A DNA stretch of 64,000 nt from Calcarisporiella thermophila CBS 279.70 (taxonomy: Eukaryota > Fungi > Calcarisporiellomycota). The stretch spans positions 60,195 through 124,194 of the forward strand of contig NW_027192224.1 of assembly GCF_041956535.1 (NCBI RefSeq), in the 5' to 3' direction. The stretch's first letter is position 1; every line of letters starts with the position of its first letter. The translations under genes and the position numbers were made by a program. This document shows positions 45,347 through 56,700 of this stretch, piece by piece. A model generated the notes under the pieces. The model was given only the letters and a program-made list of their open reading frames with translations, was not told the origin of the DNA and made no database searches.

Positions 45347-47496
45347 TTAGCTTTCAAGGCATCTCTCTGCCCACTCTTGCACATATTCCTCACTCCCCTT
45401 GACCCGACTTCTCACCATGTTCACAATATCCTCCCTATATTTCAATGCTTTCGATGGCCAAGTCGTCAGCGCCCGAGCCAGCTCGTCTAAGAAGAAGTAG
45501 CGAGTATTGTCCCAAAACTTTCCCTCGGTAGGAAAAAATTCGAAGGACTGGAGGTGGCCATCAGAAAACAAGTGGATTTGCGTTATCGCGAGTGCGCGAA
45601 AGATGGTATAATACTCCGGATTCTAAAAGGACATGATTCCAGATGTCATTAAACTAGAAACCCCACTCCATCGACCTTGACTACTACCTTAAGCTCATTG
45701 GCCTCACACGCTCTTATGACCCACCATACACGGGGCATAACGCGTGGATGCAGGGCAGGCGGAGCGAACATTGCAATATGGATCAAATTAAGAATACATT
45801 GCCAACGCACTCCCACTTCCAAGGCAAAAAACTCTTCGGTTAAACTGGCCTCAGATGGGTGATTCGAGGCGGGGGATGGGGATACTTGGCGAAAGATCCG
45901 TCCTACGAACCCCGGAAGTTCCAACTGAGGGACACCAAGGAGAAGGGTCAAAATAGCCCCAACATCATCTCAAAAGGATAGGCACCCACCTTGTTGACAT
46001 CTGCGGGCTCGAGGAACCTCGATCTCACTAGTTGGCGAAGCACCAACGACATCGGTACAGGGTATTCGAACGTATAAAGAGCCATGCTGCCTTACAAACT
46101 AGCATTGAGCGCACATATTCAATGGATGAGAAGATAAAAAAAAAGGGTACGAACGCTAGATAAAAATGCTCGAGCCCTAACATGTACTCCTTCGATTCGA
46201 CCTGTTAAATCATTGAAAAGTTTCAGCGGAGGAAAATCCGATGGTCTATTTTGACTTTATACCAGGTCGGCAATCTTGGAGGCAGCGCTGGAATAAGTGG
46301 TAGGGTGTTCGACTACTTGCTGCAATACCATCCACAGTGCTTTCGACCTATACGAACCAGCCAAAGCAGTAGATCGTTTCGTCAGTATCTTACCTAAAGA
46401 GGTCCAAGAACGCAAAAAAAAAATATCGGTAGAAAGTTCGACCCTTCACTTTACTTACGCATCAACAAGCTCATTTCTAGCGCAGTGGCGGGTAATATTA
46501 TACTTGGTCATAAACCACTCCATCACGCGGCCGATTTCGATGTCTTCCATTTCAATCGTTCTCAGCTAAAAGCGCGAGCAAGATAAAGTCACGGTTATTG
46601 TTTTCTTATGGCCAAAGAGATGAGATTTCACCAACATTACCAACTTAATTTTTCGACCCATTGTTTCCTTGAACCCCTCCAGATTCTCAAACTCATTCTG
46701 TATTAATTTCAGTATCCAGAGCAGCACATTCTTGGGGGTTGAAATCTCCAAAAACCGATTGAGGAGGGAGAATACCTGAAACCGCAAGGGATCTAATCAA
46801 AACATAATGCTGATAAGATTGAACCTATAAGCAACCGTCCCCAAAGAGAAAAGATTTACAGTCAGGCCCGCCATAGTGGATGAGTTGGGTTAAAATGGGT
46901 TCAAATCGATCCGGTTGCAGGGAAATTCGCAGGTACGGATCAAGAATTTCAAGGAAGCATTGAGTGTTTTCCAACACGGCGTTACTGTCACCTCCTGTGC
47001 TTGTGATAAGGTATAAGAGAGCCCCGGTCCAATCCCTCACATCCCTCTACAATCGAGAAAATTAGTACTGCTGACTGGAGTGCAACCAAAAAAGCACCAA
47101 TGTTGACCTTGATGTTGAGCTGGCTTAAGGCTGTGGAGACAAAGGGCGAATCATTTTCTAAATGACTCATGAGGACCCGAAGGGCTTCTTCGCGCATTGA
47201 ATTCGAATGACTAAAGAAATAGAATCGTGGTGTGGAGATAGGAAATATTGAAAAGGAGTTAATGGCGAGAGTGGCTTAACTAATGAAAATCTCCCCATTC
47301 AGTATGAATGGCTTCCTTGGACTAGTTCGAGTCAAACCGAGTAAATCGGGGACGGGAGCCCACTCGGTGAGGCTTGTAGCGACGAATTGTGTGCGAGGGT
47401 TTGAGTTCGGGTCTTTGGTTAATTATTCCATACTCGTCCCAACGGATGGCCTGCGTTCTCTACATCACCAATGCTCTCCACCACAGCCATTATCAT
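45347..47496 (-). CDS. Uncharacterised multi-exon gene, helical (possibly HEAT/ARM-like) protein
   Basis: A chain of short minus-strand open segments bounded by GT...AG introns with pyrimidine tracts splices mostly in phase (e.g. SKEAIHTEWGDFHY/HSNSMREEALRVL...; RDVRDWTGALLYL...; YPLRFQVFSLLNRFL...; LRTIEMEDIEIGRVMEWF...; ASKALWMVLQQVV...; NPELYTIFRALAITQIHLF...). Start and the junctions near 46000-46200 are unresolved; no family recognised. Confidence 0.55.
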
Positions 47497-48605
47497 CACC
47501 CATCCTGTACCTATAAATACTTTGTATTTTGCATCCATCTGCTCGGATGCGTCTCTGTAAGTCGTGAAGACCTCGTGCGCGCATTTCCACTGCTCTCCGC
47601 TCCCCCCGCAACTATGTTGGCGCTAGCATTTCCTTTTAGCACGGCCACCACGCTAACCCAACGGATTTGCTCTGTTCTGAAAAAGAGCTCAGCTAGTCGC
47701 ACATCCCCAGCCCACCCAGACCCTTGGGACCAGTATATCGACCAACTCGAGAGAAACCCTATCTTCGTAATAGAATTTAGGCAGGCCGCTACTTTGAAAC
47801 GCAAGCAAAAATCACCAAAGCACTAGTCGGAGCGCCAAAGGACTCTTAATTTATCCCTCTTGTTCATCAGATGCACACGCTCCTGTTGACATCTTTGTAT
47901 ATCACTGTTATCTTACGATCCGAGCCACTAAGTATATTGCTTGTTTGGCTCAGTCTCCGTTATAACCTTTATTTAAGTTAAATTTCACTTATTCTCCTTA
48001 ATAAACTATGGATATTACCCGGATGGGATAGGCATGAACAGCCAGGGTCCGACAGAAAGACTTGAATATCGTCTGATGTTAAAGCAGTAAAAAGAGCCAA
48101 ACCGCCTTAGCTTTTATTTGCAGTAACATTAGAGTTGACAGAGATGGTTGTTTTTTGGAGCGAATTTCATCTCAAGAAGGAATCATATTGTGTCGGAAAG
48201 TCCGAGGTCCCCCTTGCAAGAAGGATATGGGGATATGGGATTGCTCTCTGTGAAAGTGCAATTGGGATTATCTACCCGTTGCCTAGTTCTGCAAGGTTTT
48301 TACAGGGATAGAGATAAATGACTTAGTGAGGGACTTTAATATGGAGGTTTATTTGGAAATGGATCAGATGATTCAAGATGAACATCGATCTGTTGAGATA
48401 AAGTCTACATAGGGTAATGTGTTGGTCGATTTCTTCTATTCGCTTAATCTCGCTAGAGAGGTCTGCAATAATAAAGCAGAACGATTCTAATTAACAGCGA
48501 AGATGAATTCACTGAAAACAGAGCTATCCAAAGGAAATTACAAATCGAGCTCAAAGAGTTTTACAACGAAAATATCTCGACTCGTCAGTACGATCGAGGG
48601 TCGTG

Positions 48606-50762
48606 TTAAAGAAGCTTTCCAAGCAATTGCTCCCAATAGGCGCACTCCTCCTGCAATCCGTAGTCGGGCCGAATCTCATCCTTCTCTCCGAATACAAACA
48701 CGTTGGCTTCTTTGGCAGCCTCCAATGCGGGCCAGTTTGGCTCCAAGCCATTGTAGTTCATGTTACCCTCGCGGATGAATTGGCCGAAACGGCGCATAAC
48801 ACGACGAGAAAAAGCATAGTCAATCTCTCCTTCTCTGAATTCCGGGCGACCCACCGTGCCAAAGAAGTAGGGCAGCTCCGAGGCATGACAGGTCTGTCCT
48901 TTGTCGCGGCACGCCTCTATCATGGACCACATTGGATCGTATCCCTTTTCAAACGCGTGCATATACACCGGCCCCTTACTAGCAAGGCGTTTGGCTAATT
49001 TGAGGGTGGGGCATTGGCCCATGCGGTGGGTCATCATGGTGTAAAGGGAATTTTGGAGGGTGTCTTTCGGCCATCGTTGGGTATTGTTCAAGCCGTAGGT
49101 CTCACCATAGAGTTTAGAGGCTTTTATTTGGGGGATGAGAGTCTCGTTGACGAAGGGCTTCAAAGCATTGTCATAATCCTGTTCGGTCTTAATGGGGAGG
49201 TCCATATATGCGTAGAGTATTTCAGCTTCCCTTTTGTCGAAGCCTGAAAACATAGAAAACGTAAGCTCCACATGAAGGGGTCTTGATCAGAAATTAAGGA
49301 CACTTACCGATCACTATGGGGATATCCACAGGCTCCATATCTTGAATGAGCTGCGGAACCGTGGAGTCAATGGCCGGGCCAAAGTAGAGTCCCACCGAAG
49401 CGTCAACGATTTGCTTGGGATCAGCACGCTTGACACAATCCACATCGTTCGTGCAATTGAGCTTGGCGACCGCACCCTGCGACATAGCTTGGTAGAATTG
49501 GGCAGGGGGGAACTAAAGAAGGAAGACGGTGTTAAGTCGGAATGTCGTCGCGTTTTTCCCCCCCGTTGAGACTCACCTTGAAACCCAACGGATCAGACAA
49601 TATAATGGCCTTGGAGATATTGCTGCGGGCACTGGGCACGGTCAAAAGCGTATGGGTCAACACACCACCTCCACTCTCGCCAGCAACAGTGATGCGGGAG
49701 GGGTCACCTCCAAATGCCGCCACGTTTTCGCGGGTCCACTTCAGCGCAAGGAGTACGTCCTTGACTGCCTGATTTCCTGTGAGCTCCTTCCCACGGGGAT
49801 CCTTGCCCATGTTCAGGAAGCCAAACAGCCCAAGTCGATAATTGATGGACACCACCACGATGTCTTCTCGAGAGGCATACCGGGAGCCGTCGAAGACAGC
49901 GTCGCTGGAACCGTCCATGAAAAATCCGCCTCCGTGTATCCTATACTCTCAATGTTAAGGAGATGAAACCGAGAAATAAGTGTCCGCGCTCCGCTTACCA
50001 GAACATGACGGGGCGCAGTTTTTTCTCCTCGCTACCGGGTAAACGTGAGGTATAGATGTTGAGGGATAAACAGTCTTCGCTTTGAGGGTAGTAAATCGTG
50101 TAATTCCACGGTTTCTGAGAGCACCAGGGTCCGTAGGCAGTTGCGTCTATCGTCTCCTCATGTTTCTCCACCGCCACGGGTGGCTCGAATCGCAGCTCCC
50201 CCACCGGCGGCTTAGCATATGGAATACCCAAAAAGTAAAATGTTTCCGTGTCGCGATACCCTTTAAAGCGCCCTATGGGGGCCGCCACCTCCACGAGAGA
50301 GGAAGCCGGGGGTGGGGCCTCTCTCTTACCGTTCACACTCTTGCTCACTTCTTGTGTATTCGTGCACAGAATGGGAAGTTCCTGGTTGCATGGGGCTTGG
50401 GCTGCAGCTAATGTTTTCAGATCAAAGGCATTGCAAGCGCCTCCCTTCAAATCCTGCGTTTGAACCCAATATAATACATCGGGCTCTGACGTGTTCCTCG
50501 CCTTGTTGCTGAAGATTTGTTGGGCTGCCGTCTGCAATTTGTCGACAGGGTATACGGCCTCATTCCACTGCTTGCATACATTCGGTGCGTCTTGTGCCTT
50601 CACCTTTTGATGCAGAAGGAGAACGCTCTCTTGTTTCTGCGCTGGATCCAGGGCATCTATTGTAGCTATGGAGACAGTGCCACGTTTTTCCACATTTGGC
50701 TGCGCATTAATGAATGCGAGTGAGGCTAGTAGTAGCGAGAGGTATGTTTTGCTAATCAACAT
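48606..50762 (-). CDS. Secreted type-B carboxylesterase/lipase with extra Cys-rich N-terminal domain; 4 exons
   Basis: Signal peptide; FLGIPYAKPPVGELRFEPP, SEDCLSLNI, WIHGGGF, INYRLGLFGFL, nucleophile GESGGG, acid in GFDKREA, His in CHASEL. Confidence 0.92.
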
Positions 50763-51660
50763 GATCGCTAAGTAATCTCTAATCCAGACCTGCTTCAATC
50801 GCCTTGATTTTATAACCTTAATGCTTTTCGAAGTGTCTGTCTTAGTAAGAATTTTCTCCGGGTTTTTTTTCGCTTGGAAATTTTACTTGGCGAGCCTTGA
50901 CAGTGATTCCCAGCATGGCCAAGTCAGCTTCTGCTGGCCTTCATTTCTCCATTGGAGGAGCTGGTCACCCTTTTTGGACTCAACCTGGGGGCACAGCGCA
51001 TGTAGTCCTAGCTCCCAATTTGCTAGCCATTGGTAGCCCAAGGATCCAACGCATTTTTTGTTATACCTAAGAATTCCTTTGCTCATATAGAACTTCTCAA
51101 TACCTCTTAGGTTACAAATAATTGACGTCAAGTTTCATCACGTATCCTCTGTTCTTGAGCTCCAGTTAGTTTACTGTTCAGTTGTAAGAAAATTAATTGA
51201 AAGCTTGGCACTTCATCAACAGCTCACCTTCTATCCCTCAAACACTCTGGTGCCTAATCGAGGTGCCCTCAAGATCGAAGTCTTGGAATGCTTTTCCAAT
51301 AATCCTCTTCGGTGAAGCAATCGACAAGTTTATCACCCTCCACCCTACCTCCGTTAGTCTAATTGGATCGAAAGCAATGCATATTATTTGTACAAAGGAT
51401 TGAATTTAAGTGCAAAGAATTTAACAATAATGCTTCTGATCTATTCTTTATCAAACCAAATAACCCGATAAAATTTCCACTCTTAGCTCGGCCAGGTTTC
51501 TTAATCTCCCTTAGGGTTTCTTTCAGCCTAGGGATTTGGATGGAGAAAGATCGGTAGAGTATAAGCCACCCGAACCAAGACCTAGTTCATTTTTTCTTTT
51601 CCTCACCTTGGAATCTTTGCTAATCTTCTACTCTGCGCGCCTGTGCCTGTACCCTACGTT

Positions 51661-53401
51661 ATGGATGTCATTGCCACTCGCAATTGGCTAAGAACTGCAT
51701 TGCAGGCGGTACCGTTGTTCATTAATCTTATCGTTCAGCGATGACTCCTAACCGCTGATATCCTCTTTTTCTTCTCTCAGTATCCTGAACATGAGCGAGT
51801 GTTTCTTGATGTTGATGCTGTGCTGCAATCTTACCCATCGCTGAAGCCTCGCATGGATAACTACAGTAGCTAAGAACTATTATGTGTCCTATTTAACCTC
51901 CCTGCTAACCCGGCTTTTAGCTTACGAGACAGGGCGAACCGATCTCCTGCTTTGTCTACACGGAACTATCCCCATTAATTTCAGATCGACTGGATATAAT
52001 ATCCCCGTTTACTTTTGGGTTCCACTGCAATACCCGACCACCGAACCCCTCGCGTACGTTAAACCAACGGCACAAATGCTTATACGCCCAGGCCGACACG
52101 TGGATGTCAATGGAAAATGCTATCATCCCTATATGGCGTATTGGAATCCAGATGTAGGCTCATCATTGAATATACTTTGCAAAATGCATGCTTGTCTTGA
52201 CCAAACTATGTCTCCACAAATACAGGAAAATTCGCTTGTCGGACTCATATCCCATCTCCAGCGCGTGTTCAGTCAGGAGCCGCCCGTTTACCAGAAGCCG
52301 GTCACCTATCCCACTCCCCCAAAATCGATTTCCATGCCTCCCTCCGAAGGTGGGTTTCGCGACCCGAGTCCAGCCTATCTCGGCACACCATCCACCTCCT
52401 CCCGCCAAACCACTACTCACCCCCCTCTTATAGTACCTGAGCGCCCCGCACCTTATTATAACGATAATCTATCAGATCTTATGACATCCCCACCCCCTCC
52501 TGCATTACCCTCCCACAATGGTGCCAGTGCCCGCACACCCACCGTCTCTGATCGCAGCAACTCTTCTCCTGCCATATCGCCAAAACCACTGCCCCCTCGT
52601 CCTCTGAACCACTCTCTCACCTATCTCCCCGCATCAGCATCTCCTCTATCCCCTCCTTCCGTTGGGTCCGAAGGTATGACAGCGTTGCAGCAAGAGGTAT
52701 ACGAAAAGCTGCAAGGGCGGTTACAGGAATTCAACGCACAGGTTAGTCATGATATGGAGCAACTCCTAGCAACCAATCGGTTGCTGAATGAGGGCGAAGC
52801 ACGGATAGAAGAGGAAAAGCGTGTGATGGAGGACCTGGATGTAAGCATTTTGTTCTTTATTCATGTCCAGATTGGCCCTGAACTCAGCTTGACGACTCTA
52901 TTCTATTGCTAGAAAAAAATCGAATTGAACATGGTGATCTTAAAGAGGAAATGCGACGAGATCCAGGAAACGATCGACAAGGCGAGCCAGATACCCGAGA
53001 TGCAGGTGGACGAGTTGATATGTGGGACAACCGTTGTTTATAATCAGTAGGTTAACCTTGATCTTTGCTTTTTGAGGATGCGGTTGCTGAAGCTTTTTTT
53101 TTTTCCAATTCTTGTTGTGTCTAGACTAATTGAGCAGGTCGCAGAAGAGAACGCAATCGCAGACACAATATATTATCTTGGTAAAGCCCTTGATCACGGC
53201 AGACTAGACCTTGCTGTGTTTCTTAAAGTAAGGATTTTGTTCCCCTCCCTCCACATCATCGCTAAGACACAATCTAACTCCGCTATTTTTTTTTTTTCAA
53301 TCATGCTTCTTTCGTAGCATGTGCGTATATTATCAAGAGAGCAGTTCATGAGACGGGCTTTAATAAATAAGATTAGAGCGCATGCTGGCTTACATCGGTA
53401 G
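51661..53401 (+). CDS. VPS23: ESCRT-I subunit Vps23/TSG101; ~6 exons
   Basis: UEV domain (LLLCLHGTIPINFRSTGYNIPV, HVDVNGKCYHPY), Pro-rich linker, coiled coil, and steadiness box (AEENAIADTIYYLGKAL...FLKHVRILSREQF). Confidence 0.93.
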
Positions 53402-53736
53402 ATGGTTCTAATGTTGGTCTTGCTTGAATATTTTGTATCAGAAACCTACTGTGCCTCTATTTCATTTTTCCATATATTACACCCTATAGATTCAATAAAG
53501 AACCTATTTTTTTTGACATCTTTTACCCAGATCCCCCCTGGGATACTATCCCCGAAATATCCCATTTGCTAATTCTACTCCTCTAATTTAAATTTCGCGT
53601 TAACCTTTGAGGAAGCCGTCCAAGAAGGCTACCAAGGCTCAATATAGCTTTGCAAGGAGCGGGTTTCTATTCTGTGAATTCGTAGATCTCACCTTGATCT
53701 GTGTTTCCTATATCCGAGTGCTATTATAATCAAAAG

Positions 53737-56700
53737 ATGGAGCGCAACCTGCCTCCTGGCTGGTTGAAATCCGCGCCTAAAGCCGCTCCACAGATGTCGA
53801 TCCCAGCGACCAAACTTGGCCCATCGCAGACCGATTACCCTGGGCTCCAGCGGGCGACCACTGCACTTGCTGTTGAGGTTCCGTCGGCTTCACCACAAAA
53901 TGTTGCCTCCGCTCATCAGCAACTCGCCGATCAGCTGAAACAGATGGATAACTCAAAGAAGCGATTCTCGTCAGGCTTGTTCCTCGGCAGATCAAGAAGT
54001 AATACTGCCACCACCCAGGATGAGCCGCAGCATCCATCGCCAAACGTGCTGACCTCGTCTCCGGCACCTTTTCGGCGATGGCCTGTTGGGTCGGGGGGTG
54101 CGGGATTGGGCAGAGGAACCGGCGGGGAAGGAAGGGGAGAGAACGGGGTGTTAATGAGTGATGACGAAGACGACAACTATGGAATCATGCACACTTCGAA
54201 CCTACTTAGATTTCTCTCTAAGCCATACCCTTCGGATACGGGAGAGCAGACTTCACATGAATGCATGGTAAATGATGGGGGATTTGCCACTCTCTCGGCT
54301 GGTCATGAGCGAAAAGGGGAGGAGGCCGACACGGAGAAAGGGGGGGAGCCTTCCGGGCCCGCGACCCCCTCTGAGCTGAGAAGTGTCTTTGCGATGGAAC
54401 GAAGCCACTCTCGAGCACGCAGTTTGACGGGCGGCTCCTCGTCGCTGCCTCCCCCCACCCCTCGACGGAAAACGCGGAGCTTACTGAGGCACTCCCTTGG
54501 CACCCATTTACCCCCCTCCATCATCACCAATGGACTATTGTCCGCATCTTCACCTACAAGCGCCCGTCCGCGCTCTCCCCTAGTAACTCGCCCGCGTCGC
54601 TCCATTTCAGCTGCGCCCAACATCGAATTGAACACCGCTTCACTGCAACATATGCGTAAACTACTACGGCAGACCCTTGTGCAGGCGAACGTCAACCTCG
54701 AGGATGGATGGGAGGACGTGATCATGAAACTTCTGCTCAAAGTATCGGACACCGTACACCCGGATATCCGTGCGGGAGATGAGATCGATATCCGACATTA
54801 TGTCAAGATTAAGCGTATCCCCGGAGGGACCCCTCAGGATAGTCACTATGTGGCCGGCGTGGTATGCACAAAAGCTCTTGCGCATAAGCAAATGGTGCGC
54901 ACCCTCCACAACCCTCGCATTCTCATCTTGAAGTTTGGGTTGGAATACCACCGTGGCGCAACGCCGGACCAGTTTGTATCAATTGGATCGGTGCTGGCAC
55001 AAGAGCGAGATTACCTGAGCAATTTGGTGGCAAGGATCGTCAGGCTGAGGCCGCACCTAGTTCTTGTCGAAGAGGTGGTGTCGAGGATGGCGCTGGATTT
55101 CTTGCTGAAGGCGAACATCGCCGTAGCGTATAATGTTAAGCCGTCGATGATAGATGCAGTCGCACGGTGTACTCAGGCGGTGATTGTGCCCTCGATGGAC
55201 AAGTTAGGAATGGAACCTCAGTTAGGAAAGTGTGGTGCGTAGAATTATCCTATTCCTAGTCGGTTGCCTATTTATTTTTTCGCGTGGTTTTTGACTCTGT
55301 TTCTTTTTTTGGCACGCATTCGTAATGCTTTTTTCATAGGAGTGTTCTCGTGCAAAACGTTCGTGCATGAACTTATCCCTAATCGCCGAAAAACGTTTAT
55401 GTATTTTGATGGTTGTCCGAAACATTTGGGATGCACACTGGTACTTCGTGGGGGGGATATAGACACTTTAGCTCGAGTGAAGCGTATCGTTGATTTATTG
55501 GTCTTTGTGGTGCATAACCTAAAGCTGGAGACGTTCTTGATGCGCGACCAGTTCCTGATGACTCCGGCTCTAAGCTCTGAGGAGGAATCGAGCAAGGCAC
55601 TTGAAGCCGACGCTAAAAATGAAGGACAGGTCGAGGGAATTAATCACACTAGTGAGAGCGAAAATATCATTGAAGATAAATCCAAAAAGATTCTGGATGA
55701 CGCATTAGGCCAGCAGCAGCAGCAGAAAGCCGGGGCTGAAGCGCAGTCAGCTGAAAATCCTATCGCTCCCGTGGGCAACTCAAACGATACTGATCATCCC
55801 CAACCGCAAGAAAAGTTGAATATTGCACAGATTCACCAGGAATTGCCCCCCTTGGAATTGGACGATTCCCAGGAAGGATTGCAGCTCTTCGAGGAGACCA
55901 TACTCTCCGCCTCACCTTTTGTAAAATTCCCCCCTCCATACTTGTTGTTGCGCTTGGGGGAGGAGAAAGACATTCTCCGCAAGTTGCGTGAACAAGCTGA
56001 ACGCTCTCTAACCTATAGTAAAGAGGCAGAATATGTGGTGGCGGAGGGCGAATATTTGAACCGACTCGACACGTTTGCGCAACACATGCGAGTGTGGGAA
56101 TCCTATCTCTCCGACCACTACGACAGCATTTCGCCATTCATGCACCAAAACATCATCCTTCTCTACTCGAGCGTGTGCACGGTGACAACAGTGCCGTGCC
56201 AAGGGCCGGAGATCACCATTTTTGAATACTACCGAGAATCGGATATACCCTTGGGGCAATTTATAGAGGAGCTTTGCCAAGAGTCGAACTACATTTGCCC
56301 TGCGCGCACGTGCGATCGCCAGATGCTGCTGCACTACAGGAGCTATGCGCATGGACGGGGACGGGTGACGGCGATGCTTGAAAAGATGCCGGCGCCTCTG
56401 CCGGGGATGGAAAACACGATTTTGATGTGGAGTTATTGCAAAATCTGCAAGCAAACGACGCCCGTCATCCCCATGTCGGAGGAGACGTGGAAATACTCAT
56501 TTGGCAAGTACCTTGAGCTCACCTTTTACCATACACCGATGCGGCCGCGGGCGGACATCTGCCCCCACAACATCTACCGGGACCACGTTCGCTATTTCGG
56601 GTTCGAGAATATGGCGGTGCGGTTCCAGTACGACGAGATCGAAATGCTCGAGGTGGCGGTGCCGCCGATGAAACTCAACTTCAAGCAAATCACCAAGGTG

